A stretch of DNA of 64,000 bases from the human T2T-CHM13v2.0 reference genome, Homo sapiens. The notes below the pieces were generated by a model. That model was not told the DNA's origin. It saw nothing but the letters and a program-made list of their open reading frames with translations, and ran no database searches. The stretch lies in NCBI RefSeq assembly GCF_009914755.1, contig NC_060926.1. One strand, given 5' to 3'. The stretch's first letter is position 1; each line of letters starts with the position of its first letter. The position numbers were made by a program, and so were the translations under genes. Below, piece after piece: positions 39,423 through 55,563 of the stretch.

Positions 39423-40413
39423 TGCTGTAGCATAGTATTCTGTATGTCTCTCTAACTGGATATAAGTTCCATAAGTACAGGGCTATGTCTTATACAATAT
39501 TCTCCACTGTATCCAACTTGTTGTTAAGTGGTATAGGTATTTGGTGAGTACTTGTTGGGTTTATTTAAAAATCCACAGTTATTTTACTCTAGTTATTAAG
39601 TTAGGCTGAACAACTAATTCTACCCCTTCCAAGCCATCTTTTAACTTTTCCTAGACGTCTCTTATCTCTTAAATTCTCTCTCTCTTTTGATCTCTTGACT
39701 ATTTGCAATTACTTGTTTTTGACATTGATACAATCCACATACTATAGTTAGAAATTTCACCAGGTTTTGAGCCCTTTTCAATTCTTAATGACTTAAAATA
39801 TTAATATATTTTGTTGGAGTTCTTTTAGTATTTCCTTCTCCTATGGGATAAATTGCACAGGGTCAAAATTTTTTTTTCTGTTTAACTCACTGTTGTATCA
39901 AGACCTTGAAGAGTGGCTAGCTTATAGCAGCCACTCAGTAAGTATTTATTATGCAGTATCTTAATAAGAGATTAAGATAATATGCAAGTATCATATTTGT
40001 TCTTTGCATATTCTTATATACTTTCTTTTTTCCAAATACTGTATGATAGCTTCCCTCAATCCCCCGTAGCAGATTTTAGTTGGCCAGCCGTTTATAGACT
40101 TCTTCCTATATTCTAGCCATGCTATTAGGTGCTTTTCACAAAAATTATCACATTTAACCTGCCTTCCTTATAGTAGCACTATGGTGACAATGTCATTTAA
40201 CAGATGAAGAAGCCAAGGCTCACAGAAGTTGGGTGACATGCCCAATGTCTCATAGTTTTAACTTTGAAGTTGAAGATTAGATTTCAAGTTACCTGTTAGG
40301 TGAAATTGAATATCAAGTTTATAATTATGTTGTGAGTTTTAAAGCAGCTCTATAAAAATGGATTTATTACTTATTTTGAGGCTTTCTGTTGATCACTTTA
40401 AAATGGCAATTGA

Positions 40414-40746
<333 letters not shown>

Positions 40747-41060
40747 AGAAATGCTAAATTTTATCGACAGGTATAAGTGTAGATAGTGCGAAAGTCAAGT
40801 AGCTTTCTCCCAGTCTCCTTAATCTGAAATGGAAGATTTAATACTTTGCTGTCTTCCCTGTTGATTACAATCTTTAGAAATTTGTAATTTGTTACTCTCA
40901 TAAAGCTGATTTCTATATATGTTGTGTTGTATTTTCCTATGCTTCAGCCTTACTTTGAATGTTTAAAAAAAAGTCTACATTTTATAGTCATTCTCTTTAA
41001 CTGAAGTACCCAAAATTCGTTGTCTAAAAATAAGTCAAAGAAATCAATTTTATTTTCTAG

Positions 41061-41401
<341 letters not shown>

Positions 41402-42571
41402 TAAATTTAACATTGGAAATACGTACTTTTTGGCATATGAGTTGTAAAAAATATAAATTGCTGTATTTTTAAGAGAGTTTACATAACAGTCTTGAAGCTC
41501 TTTCTTGACTTGGTTGTTCTGAACTATTGGTTTTAACAATTCATTTTGTTGCTGATAATTAAATCATCATTTTAAATGTAAATAATCATATTTGAGATGT
41601 CAGTGGAAAAACATATTTTTGGATAATTTGGAAGCTTCATGAAATTAGTGTCAGTAATACATTCAGATATATAGAATTATTAATATAATTGAGTACTGCA
41701 AACTAATATTAGTAATAATTTGTTGATATCAGCTTGTGAGCTTTAAAAAGCCTGGTCAAACAAGTTTTATGTATTATGTTTATGCATGCTATGTTTAAAA
41801 TGAATAATTAAATTTTGAGTAATTATTAGGATTTGGCTGGGACAGGGGATGGATGAGCTTTCTGTTGTAATTTTGCTCTTAGTGAGTAGTAGGTACTATA
41901 TTTATAAATCTGAAGTTTTTACCTATCTCTTTTAGCAGGTAATTTAAAGCAAGATGGGTATATTGTTCCTTGCTGTCCATCATTGCATTTTTTAAAGAGT
42001 TCTATTGATCTTCTGATTCATTTTCTCTTCAGATCTTCCTTTTCAGAGTGTATATTTTATTTTTTAATAAATTGGCTCATTCACGGACTCTCAGTTCTTA
42101 AATGAGATCCTTCTACTTTGGAGGGACTGAGAGAAAAATTATACTTTAATGTGGGGGCAAGAGGCAGGTGAGATACACAGAAGGAAAATCCAAGAGCATA
42201 TGTAGCAGAGATGAAGTTACTTTCCTGATACTTGTATATTAGTCTATGCATTTGGAATATTTATGAAATGTCTTTCATCTCTATTAGTTTAGTATAGAAA
42301 TTTTAACTGTTCCTGAGGAAAAGATATTCTCCAATAGAAGAAATATTTTTGTTTTGCTTCCTTGCTTTTTAGTAGCTTTAGGTTACTTCTCTACCAAGAT
42401 TTGGAGAAGGTTTATTCCATTTATTACTGGAAAACATGAAAGCAAAATTTATCAATTTTCACTTCCCACAAGAAACCTAATAGGCCATCCTTTGATGTAT
42501 CTTAATAAGAACTTCCAAGTGTACCTTCTAGGCATTTTCTTCATGTCTTTCAATATTAAAATACTTAGAGA

Positions 42572-42708
42572 GTTGGGCTTGGCAGTGCATGCCTGTAGTC
42601 CCCGTTACTCAGAATGATGACGCAGGAGGATTACTTGCCTGAAGTTCGAGTCTAGCCTGGACTAGTGAGTCCCTCATGTCTTAAAAAACAAAAACAAAAA
42701 CAAAAACA
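42572..42708 (+). mobile_element. FLAM-type Alu monomer
   Basis: Single arm gtgcatgcctgtagtccc...gaagttcgagtctagcctgg followed by a (CAAAAA)n tail. Confidence 0.8.
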
Positions 42709-43280
42709 GAATAATATAGTGGAAGTATATTTTGCTTTAAGAAATCCAAATATTCTCAAAAACTCAGATGTAGTAAACAATATTTCACAAAAGTTTCTTT
42801 GCTTTGTAAAATCCCTCCCATTTTATTGGTTCCCTTGCACCTTTGCTCTTCCACTTTTTTTCATCCCAGTTTCCAAATCAGTTCCTTCTCAGTGTATATC
42901 CAGGTTTTTGTGAAGCCATAAGGGTTTTCATGCCGCATGTTTCTTGCCCCTTAAGCCTCCCATACACCCTTGGGAGATTAATTCAATAATCCTTTTGCCA
43001 ACTTCTTCCATACTTCAAGAATCTGTATGAATGGTGTATTCCTGGCTGAATCAAGTTTATAATTTTATTCTGTTCAATATCCTAGTATAATGACTTCTTT
43101 GGAAATAGTTTCCCGACAAGTTATTAAGTCACTGAGGTCTTTATTTAATTTTAATGTGAATTTCCTACTGGCGATGAAGTCCAAGTTTTTCTTTGCAGGA
43201 GGCCTAGTTTTGAGACAATGAAGAAATTTGAGGCAATGTGGTATTCCATAGAGTGGATGTGGCTGTCTCATTCTTGCAAT

Positions 43281-43307
43281 ACACACACACACACACACAC
43301 ACACACA
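43281..43307. repeat. (CA)n microsatellite
   Basis: About 13 units. Confidence 0.95.
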
Positions 43308-43474
43308 ACTGGAAATCTGTTGTAGTTGTCTTTAAGTCTGGCTTTGATCTGAATCGGAATTCTATGTGTTGCTTAATAGGATGCTTAGGGCTTAAGAGCA
43401 AGGACAATTACTTCACTTATTAAATTTAGTATTTATGCATTATTTTCAGTGGCTTAAACACCAGAACTTTAGAA

Positions 43475-43735
43475 CTGTGAAAATACAGGCTAGGTACTTG
43501 AGGATAAGCAGTGAATAAAACAAAAATCCGTGCTCTCAAGTGCCATACAATTTACTGAGGGGAAACAGATAATCCACAAGTAAATATGTAACATATTGGG
43601 TAGTGTTAAGTGCTGTAAAGAAAAGAAAAGCATGTAAGAGGGTAGTGCGAACAAGGATGTGTAGTGGAATGGGGGTGCAGTTTCAGATAACATGGTTAAG
43701 GAAGGCTTTTGATTAGGTGACATTCCTAGAAGATA
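43475..43735 (-). mobile_element. LINE-2 fragment
   Basis: ggctaggtacttgaggataagcagtgaataaaacaaaaatccgtgctctc...taagtgctgtaaag...aaggaaggc...aggtgacatt. Confidence 0.75.
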
Positions 43736-44437
43736 ATTTTGCCTTGTTGAAGATTTTTTAATAGACATCTTTGGGTGTTTTGTGAATTATTAATTAATGA
43801 GTATTCTATTTAGTAAATTTACCACAGATAGCAAGCTTTATAAGTTTAATCCAAAAGCTTGAAAATAGATATTTATTAAAAATCGGAATGAAACAAATGA
43901 CATGTTTTCTTAGCTTTACACAAACCTTAGAAAAGATAATTGCAACTTTTATGGAACTATTTTTGCTTTCATAAATGGATATTCATTTGCTTTCCTCAGC
44001 ATTCTTATTTCCTACTAAGTCCTTAGGCTCTTAGCAACTAATACTGGAGTTTTGCATAGTTTTCTTGCCTCAAGTCTCGCTCCTCCATGCCATCTCTTAT
44101 TATATCAGGAGATTGACTTTTCTAAAACAATCTCTTTGCCATCTTGTTCCCCTCCTTAAGAACCTCCACTAATGTCCTATTGCCAGTCAAGTTGAGTCTT
44201 AGCACCTCTTGCTTGGCATTTAAAATCTTCCAGTCAGGTTTTTGTTACTTGTATAACTTTTACAAGCATAAAGAGAACCCTTTAGTTCTGTACAAAGGAA
44301 AGGAATTATGTGCAGTGTATTTTGTGCAATATTGTAAACATTTGTTTAAACAATAAATCATCAATGGTGCTAAAATTAGTAGGTGAAAGTATGATGAGAA
44401 TCATGATATTTTACATAGTCTAAGATATGTAAATACT

Positions 44438-44581
44438 GTGTCACTAGGTTTTCCCACTATAAGGATACTGTGTTTCTTGTTGAAATTAATAGGTATTTAA
44501 ATAATAGGTATTTGAACAATTAATACCTATTAATTTTGACAAGAAACAGAGTATCCTTATAGTGGGGAAACCTAGTAACAC
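44438..44581. repeat. Inverted repeat, 60-bp arms (55/60) with a 24-nt loop
   Basis: 44438-44497 is the reverse complement of 44522-44581 with 5 mismatches. Confidence 0.95.
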
Positions 44582-45112
44582 GGCCTAACCAAATGCTGTA
44601 TTAATAAGTTAACATTACTGGAAATGAGACATGTTCATATCATGTGCCTCTAGATGTAATGCACTGACAAAGATGCAACATCACTTCTGTGGAATTACTC
44701 CCAAAATATATAACCTGAACTTAATCATGAGGAAACATCTACAAACCCAAATTGAGGGGCATTCTATGAAATAACTGACCATTGTTCTTCAAAACTGTCA
44801 TGGTCATGAAAGTTAAAGATACTCTAAGGAAATGCCTATTTTTAAAGAAGACATAAGGCAACTAAATGCAGGGTGTGATCCTGGAGTTGATTCTGGTCCA
44901 GAAAAGAGGACATTAGTAGGACAATTGGAAGTATTTGAATAAGGTCTGTAGATTAGTTTATTGTATTGTATCAGTGTTGATTGCTTGGTTTTGAAATTGG
45001 ACTGTAGCTACGTAAGATGTTAGTATTTGGGGATGTGAGATGAAGGAAAATTTTCGTACTATCTTTGTAACTTTTTTGTAAGTCAAATTATTTCAAAATG
45101 AAAAGTTAAAAA
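44540..45112 (+). mobile_element. L1MC/L1ME-type 3'-end fragment
   Basis: aacatcacttctgtgg...ctgaacttaatcatgaggaaacatc...aaacccaaattgagggg...aactaaatgc...atttgaataaggtctgtagattag...atttcaaaatgaaaagtt. Confidence 0.8.
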
Positions 45113-45179
45113 GGTAAAGTGTTTTAGTACTCAATTAACTCATTGTGTTAATGAGCAAATGAATGAAGGAAAAGTTTAG

Positions 45180-45356
<177 letters not shown>

Positions 45357-46684
45357 TGAATTTTAATATGTAAATTTGTTCTATTTAAAATATTTGTATT
45401 TTAAATATTTGCGTCACCCTACTGAAAACAAACATTATTGTAATTGTGATGTGGTTATTCTCAAAAATTGGTCAATGATGCTCATTTTTGTTCTAAGTAG
45501 GATTCCTTAAACTGTTTGAGACATGGTATACCTTAGTTCATGGCTTTTTCCTCTATGGGCCCTAGTTGAAGCTGTAATTTAATGCCTGAATAACAAAATG
45601 TTTCTGCTTTAGTAATTACTTTTTAACCTGTATATTTATGGAGAGAATTTTCTTTTTCAAAAGCTAAATATAAATATGTCCTATATAAACCTTTGAGATT
45701 AGCATAGGAATGGTAATAAGACTCCCAACAATTCTAGAAGCTCCATATTCCCTCTTCAGCTGATGCTTTCTGTTGAATTTATGCAAAAAAGGCACTAAAA
45801 TGCCATTTATTATGAAATATTTTTCTAATTCCAAATGACTGTGACAAGCAAATAGTGGTTACTGATCACAGGCATCACGTTCTTAACCAACAGTTCATGA
45901 ACTCACTTTGTAAAATTACGCTGAACCTTACAGATTAACACCCCCTGTACTTCTTGTGGAAGGTGACTTTCACATGTTTTCTTTCATGCAGAACTTATGG
46001 AAGTATCAGTCAAGAATTTATTCGATATATGGTGATTTAGATCTGGTTAAGAACAGAGAACATTGTTTTGTTCTTTAATGGTATCAAGAAGGCATTTTTC
46101 CTTTGACAGTAAATGTTAAGACAACAGTGTGTTTAAATACTTCTATGTATTATTCTATATTAAAATCACTTTTTCACCAAAGAACATATAAATGTTTTTA
46201 AATACCTCATAATCTAGACATTTTAAGCTTGTTTCTATTCTAATTTATTAAAGCTTTTTTGTATAAGAATATAAGATTATTTTAAATGATAAATGAATCT
46301 CATAATTGTGGTAAAAAGGAAGTAATGATGTCTCTAGTTGTATAGGATGGGTCTTTTTTTCTTTTAAGCTACCTCTCCATGGTAATTATCTGCTTAGAAC
46401 TTTTCTAATCATGTTTTTGGAGTTCCACAAATTGCTAGGGGCTTCACTTGAGTGTGGCATTTCCAGGGGATGGAACCATAGCCCATTGCTTTCAGTTCCG
46501 TAATATTGCTTCATTTTGGCACTCAGCATAAAATAAAGGTGAGTTTGCTTTTAGTGTGTTAGCATTTGCAAGTTGTATTTTGCAAAGTATTAATAGGTAT
46601 CACTTTTCTAGTGGCCCTATCTGTATACTTGATATGAGGGATTTGCCATAGAAATATAGCTAAAAACAGAATATTTAAACATAA

Positions 46685-46813
<129 letters not shown>

Positions 46814-46815
46814 TA

Positions 46816-47182
<367 letters not shown>

Positions 47183-47269
47183 TCATCATTACATTTTACC
47201 CTTGTATTCAGTTCTCCAAAAGGTAGGTTTACTTTTACCCTCAGGTATATATGTTGATGGCTATTTTAC

Positions 47270-48030
47270 CAAATTTGAATTTTTTTTTCAAATACCTAAG
47301 TAGAGAGAATAGTTTACCCATTTTTTAGATGAAGTCGTTATTAACATTTTGTCATACTTTCTTTATCTTTCTTTTTTTTCTAGTAGTTTTAGAGCAAATT
47401 CTGATACAATGCTACTTTACATGTAAATATTTCTGTATAATCTCGTTTAAAAAGGACATTTTCTCACATAACTATTATTATCACTCCTGGCAAAATCAAA
47501 AGTAATTCTTTATGTTATTTAGTAGTTAGTCTACATTAAATTTTTGATAAAAAGTGTCTGTTTTATAGTTCATTTGTTCAAATGGGGATCCAGACAAGGC
47601 TCACATTTGCTTTCCATTGTAGCTCTTAAGTCTCACTTTATGTAAAAGCTTCATCTTACTCCCTGTTTTTTTCTTTTGAATGTTATAGACTTTTGAAGAA
47701 ACAAGGTTATTTGTAGTATAGAATGTCATATTTTGAATTTATCTGTTGCTGCTTCTTGTCATTTAACTCTTTATCTAAGCCCTGTATGTCCACTAAATTA
47801 GAAGTTCCATATAAAGTCTAGTTAGATTCAGGCATTGCCTTTTTTTGGTTTTGTTTTTACAGCAAGAATCCCTCATAGATGGTAATGTGCTTTTAAAAAA
47901 ATGTCACATAACATCAATAGAGGTGTGTAGTAGCTGATTGTCTCACTTTTAGTGATGCTAAAATTGATCAAGTTCAGATGGTGAACACTTTATTTTATTG
48001 TAAGGTTCCCCATTAACCTATCTCCTTATC
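47270..48030 (-). mobile_element. Old L1MC/ME 3'-end fragment
   Basis: aaggacattttctcacataacta...gggatccagacaaggctcacatt...gtatagaatgtc motifs. Confidence 0.6.
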
Positions 48031-48333
48031 CCAGATTTTAAGAAAAGGCAATTTATTTCCTCAGAAGATAGCTGAAGAATAGCCTGTTCTGGAATGTTAA
48101 CATGGGTTTGGTAGTATATATGGGATGTAATAGGGTAGCCTATATGTTTTCTTTAGGTTTTTCTGTGAGTGCCTATGAAGTTTTTTCTGCTTCTTTTAAT
48201 TTCCTTTTTCTACCAAAAGATATGTTTGAACTCTTGGTAGCTACAAGGTATATATTTAGAATGAGTATGTAATTGCCTCAAGGGCCAGTCTGTTGGGGGA
48301 GAAGATATATATATATAAGGTACCATCAGATCA

Positions 48334-48784
<451 letters not shown>

Positions 48785-49775
48785 TTATGTAACATAAAAC
48801 TAAAAGTGCATTCACATACATCATCTTATTTAATGTTTTTCACAACGCTGTGAATTAAGCAGTGCAGTTATTTGTATGTGTTCAGATTTGGAATGTAGGC
48901 AGCAACTGCTATTTTTGTATTGTCTGTTGTGCTCTTTCCTTTTTATTATTAAGTAGATTTATCTATGTTAGTTTTTGCCGTGAAATTGAGCATATGAAAG
49001 TAGAAAGAAAGCTTCCCTGGGATCCAGAAGAAGGTTCTATATGTTACCCAATTGCTCAGCCAGATAGAAAGGGGAAAGAAGTCTGCTCTTAATAGTAGAA
49101 AGTAATTCATGAAAATTCATATATGTATATAAAAGTTAGGTCAAATAAGAATGCCAAATAACATTTTTTATTGGCAGTCATACGTTTGGTAAGTTGAGCC
49201 AGATGAAATTTAGTTCCTTCTTTTGAGCCCGAGGCAGGGATTTGCTTTGTTTTGTACATGGGGTCTCTGGCCCTGTTTTGAATTAAAAATAAAGTAGGGA
49301 TGCCATCTGCTATATTCAAATGTCCTTGCAGATTGTTTTTTCTAATCTTATGGTCATATTCTGATATTCTTAAATTAGATAGTGATTGCTATGTTAACAC
49401 AGTGCAGATAGTATTTGCACAATGCCAGGACCTGTATATGCTGTTTTTTTACATGGAGTACCTCATTTAATTATTGTAGCCAACACTTTATGTATTATTA
49501 CTATTTTACATTTTACAAATGAGGAAACAATAAGCTTAGACAGTTAAATAATTTGCCTAAGGTAAGAGAAGGAATTTAAATTAACCTCTGAATAAAGACA
49601 GTCTATGTTTTAAGCCAACCCCTGCATAATATGCTGCCTTTGTTACTATGTTGTCATGTTGTATAGTCTGGGATAAGTGGACTTGGTTTCCAGTGTGGGT
49701 GGTTGAGGGGAACCCTTCTTGCTTAATCACTGTCTTACCACTTGTTGCTTTGAATTAGGAAGTTATATTTCCTGA

Positions 49776-49934
<159 letters not shown>

Positions 49935-50365
49935 TAAATTAACTTATTCTAATATCAATTCTGATGTTATTTCTTTAATGAAAGTTTTCAAAACTGTATC
50001 CCCTCTATGAATGAAATACCTTTTATGATACATTCATTCACTCAAAGAATTTGTTTAGTTTCTATTATGGGTCAAGCATTGAGCTAGATTCTGAGGACAT
50101 GATAGTGAATAAGGCATTGTCTGCTACCTTCAGGTAGCTTAGATTAGGACAGAAAGTTCGATAAATAATTAATTATTTGGAGTGAAAATTGCTATGTGGA
50201 TGCTAAATGCAGGGTATTATGGATCATCAAATGGGGCTAGGTGGGAACGAGTTGGGCAAAGAAGGTATCACATAGAACCTGGCATTTTTTTTGTTGTTGT
50301 TAGTACTGAGTCAGTGGCAAAGGACACAGCATTTAAAATGAGACTTCAGGATGAGTCTGAGTTAG

Positions 50366-50720
<355 letters not shown>

Positions 50721-53700
50721 GACTGTTGCTTTTGAGGGTCTGCAGATAGCTGAATATGGCTGAAGGCTAGTGTGTGTATGGGAGAACATGTCTTCTTGGT
50801 ATTTGTATATTGGGTGGGTGTGGGTACAGTAGTGGTAAAGGATCAAGCCAGGAAAACATGAAGAGTTCAGATCATAAAGGGCCTTATAAAGCCCCTTTTA
50901 GAAGTTTGAACTTTACTTTTTTACTGGTATTGTTCTGGCTGCTGTGTGGTGAAATGGGTGGTCTATGTAAGGGTGGACTAAGAGACTGCAACAATAATTT
51001 AGGCAAGAGCTGAGAGTGACATGAAGTAGTAGAAATGGAACAAAATGGAACAGTTTGAACATGGAATTCTAGGATCTTGGTGATATATTTCATCAGCTGG
51101 GTGAATATTGGTATTCATTGAACTTTTCAGTGTGCAATTTCATTGACAACTACTCATTTCATAAATTCATGAAATTCTTGGAGTTCTTATAGTACCTTTT
51201 TGGGATCCTAATGAATTTTTGGAAAACTTTAGGTTTCTTTCATAGATTCTAAGCAGGTAATAGTGAAAATAAATTGGTTCCTTCAACTTCCTCAAACATA
51301 ATCAAGATAACGATAACTCAGCTTTTGTAAACAAAAATTAGAAAGTCCAATTTGTTAGTGATGTACTGACCATTTTGTTCAACTTGGGTTATAGAGACCC
51401 CTCTCCTCCAAACCTTTAATAGGAAGAGATGTGATGTGATTGTTATCTTATTTTGTTGTTGTTTTCTTTTCTTTCTTGAAAAGTTGATTGACATTGATCT
51501 GCTCCTGACCATTTCTGGATGATAGGCTTTGAAAAAAAATGATTAAACTATTTATTTTTTATTTAATGCAGTCAGATGCAGATAACTGGAATAAAATTGA
51601 ACTTATTTGTTGAGACAGTGTTAAAGATCCTCAATAAATTAAGGTTTTATATCAGATAAATAGATTTATCAATTATTATAGTTTATAATGAACTTTAGTG
51701 GGCAGAATAATAGTATTTAATGAAAAACCCTCTAAAAAGTCCTGTATCAGTATTCCATTATGCTTAAATGAGGCATTATCAGCACAGCACTTTTTTTTAT
51801 AACAAAGAATGGCCTTTTATGTCACCAATTTTGTATCTTTATTATAGCATTTGATGTAGTATTTTAACCTTTCCAAGTTTTCTTTTTTTTTTTTAAAGGT
51901 TAGAATTAAAATTCAAGGAACATATTTCCTTGAAATTTAAATGACATTTTCCCAGACTAGGAACTTCTGATATTTTACCTACTAGTTCATTTCCCTAAAT
52001 GCCGATATAGAACTTTCTTTTTTGCCTCCAGTAGGCTATAATGTAGTTCCTACAGCTATTTTGATCCCAGTAAAAGTTCTTCCTCATTAAACTTTTGTGT
52101 CCTTCAGATTCTACTTCAGTTGAGGTAACCAGTTTAAAACATCCTGGCTTTTCTTTCTGCAAGCTTAAAATGACACAAATACAGTAGTTGGGTAGCACAG
52201 ATTTTAATCACTTTAACTTGTAAATCACATTGATGTTAACATGATAAAATTTAATGGAAGCTGCTAACATGTCAATTATGGATTTGGAGAATTTTTCCTA
52301 CGTTTATTAAATCTTTGGCTACTTTTATTGGTTAATAGTCTGAGGTTATCTGACTCGAATTTTTTTTTTTCTGCTTAGGCACATCATCACTAATAACCTC
52401 ACATTATCTTTCTTTGTTTCTAATAGCTATTAGCTCTCACTGCAAACCTCAATATAGCTCCTAGCTGTGTGACCTTGGGCAAGTTACTCACCTTTAAGCC
52501 TCAGTTTCTTTACCTATAAAGTGGGTATCATAATTCCTACTTCGTGGGGTTTTTCATCAAGATGAAATAAGTTAATAATGTGAACTACTTAGAACTTTGA
52601 TTCATTCCACTAATTTTTATTGAGCACTATTTGCTTCATTCAGGCTAACAGACTTTAAATATTCTTTTTATGTGCTGTAGACTCCAAAATTTATATTATC
52701 ATCCTAGACTTCTTTGCTGAACTGATATAGCCACTTGCCTAATTGATATCTCCACTTGCGTATTTACAGACATTTCAAACTCCGCATTTTAAAAACTGAA
52801 TTTTTAGAGGAAAAATTTGCAATCTTGTCTCCAAAATGTGTCTGTTCTGTAGCCGCCTTCTTCTCTTCAGGAGATGGAAATTCAATTCCTTAGGCAGCTT
52901 GGACCACAATCTTTGAAGTCATAGATTTTTGTTTTATATTGCTTTATAATAGCTTGAGATATAATTATGATCTAATATGTACAATTTAATGTGTACAATT
53001 TGATAAGTTTCGACATATGAATATAACCATGAAACCATCATCACAATCAAGATAATGAACATATCCACCAACCCCAAAAGTTTTCCTCTTTCTCCTTTAT
53101 AATCCTTTCCCACTCCCACCCACAACCCTTAAGCAACCCCCCAGGAATCACTGATTTGCTTTCTGTCACGTAGATTTGCTTAAATTCCCTACAATTTTAA
53201 TAAAGTGGAATCCTACAGTATGTATGGGAGGAGGGTCTGGCTTCTTTCACTAGGCATAATTATTTTGAAATTCAGCCATATTGTTGCATTTATCAGTAGT
53301 TCATTTCTTTTTGTTGCTCAGCAGTATTCCATTGTATAGATATGCCACTGTTTTGTTTATACATTCACCTGTTGATGAACACTTGGATTATTTCTAGTTT
53401 TGGGCTATTACAAACAAAGCTGCTATGAACGTTCATGTGAAAGTTTTTGTATAGACATATACATTTGTTTCCTTTCGGTAAGTAACTGGAAATGGAATGA
53501 ATAGATCAAAATGGTAGGTATATATTTACCTTTTTGAGAAACTATGAAGTTTTTTCCCAGAGTGATTATATCATTTTGTATTCCCACCAGCACTGTATAA
53601 GAGTTCCAGTTTCTCCATATCCTTGCCAATACTTTGTATTGTTAGTCTTTTTAATTTTAGTCTAAACTTTAGTAGGTACATAGTAGTATCTTATTGTAGG

Positions 53701-54006
53701 TTTGTTTTGTTTTGTTTTTTGAGACAGTGTCTCATGCTGCTGCCTGAGCTGGAGTGCAGTGGCACGATCATGGCTCACTGCAGCCTTGACCTCCCTGGGC
53801 TTAGGCAATCCTCCCACTTCAGCTTCCTGAGTAACTGAGACCACAGGCAAGTGCCACCATGCCTGGATAATCTTTATATTTTTCTGTAGAGATGGAATTT
53901 TTTGCCATGTTGCCCAGGCTGTTCCTGAACTCCTGGGCTCAAGTGTTCTGCCCACCTTGGCCTTCCAAAGTGTTGGGATTATAGGCTCGGGCCCCTGTGT
54001 CTGGCC
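53701..54006 (-). mobile_element. AluJ element
   Basis: gcagccttgacctccctgggc and ctcctgggctcaag; TSD ttattgtag / tcattgtag. Confidence 0.93.
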
Positions 54007-54039
54007 TCATTGTAGTTTTAATTTATATTTCTCTAATGA

Positions 54040-54416
<377 letters not shown>

Positions 54417-55239
54417 TATTTGCCCAATTTTAAGATTGGGTTGTTTTCTTATTATTGAGTTTTGGAATTCTTTATTTATTCTGGGAATAAGTCTTTTTTC
54501 AGATATATGCTTTGCAAATATTTTCTTTCAGTCTGTGGTTTCTCTTTTCATTTTCTTACACTATCTTTTGAAGACCAGCTGTGTTTAATTTTTATGAAGC
54601 CCAGTGTATTAATTTGTCTTTCTATCATGCTTCTGCTGTTGTGTCATAATGCAAGGTTATAGAGATTTTCTCCCATTTGAGTTTTATAATTTTTAGTCTT
54701 AGATTTAGGTCTCTAATCAGTTTTGAAGATTTCTGAGTTATTATTTGTATATGGTATAAAATTGGATTGAAGTTAATGATTTTTGCACATGGATATCCAA
54801 TTGTTCAGCACCATTTATTGGAAAAGATTATCCTTTCTTCACTGAGTTGACTTTGCACCATCATTTAAAAAAATCTGTTGTCTATATATGTCTGCTTCTA
54901 GTTCTGGACTCTATATATGTCTCTGTGCTAATACTATACTGTTTGGATTACTATAGCTTTATCACGAGTCTTTTTCAAAGTTGTTTTGGCTATTCTAGGT
55001 TCTTTGTATTTCTATATGAACTTCATGTTCATATGGAAATGTCAGTTTCTGTTAAAAAAAGAAAAAGTCCCATTGGGATTTTGATTGGGATTGCATTGAC
55101 TCTATATATCAGTTTGAGGAGACTGACAGCTTAACAGTTTTGATTCTTCTGACCTGACCCATGAACATGGTATATCTTTAGTTTTTTGTAGGTCTGTAAT
55201 TTCTCTCAGCAGTGTCTTACGGTTTTCTATGTACATGTC

Positions 55240-55243
<4 letters not shown>

Positions 55244-55286
<43 letters not shown>

Positions 55287-55563
55287 AGAGACAAGATCTC
55301 ATTCTGTTGCCCAGGCTGGAGTCTAGTGGCACCATCATAGCTCACTGTAACCTTAAACTCCTGGGCTTAAATGATCCTCCTGCTACAGCCTCCCCAGTAG
55401 CTAGGACTACAGGCATGTGCCACCATGCTTGGCTAATTTTTTAATTTTTCTGGAGACAGGGTCTTGCCATATTGCTGAGACTGGTCTCAAACTTCTCGCT
55501 TCAACCTACCACCCTGGCCTCCCAAAGTGTTGGGATTATCGGTATGAGCCACCATACCTGGCC
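55244..55563 (-). mobile_element. AluJ whose tail is a (TA)n microsatellite (55244-55282)
   Basis: About 19 AT units abut the antisense AluJ body; TSD-like tcatatat / tcgtatat. Confidence 0.92.

Noticed and set aside
48880-49430. 3'UTR-like non-repeat stretch in intron 7 as a possible retrocopy fragment
   Set aside because: No poly(A) tail, TSD or identifiable source visible; cannot be supported without a BLAST search.
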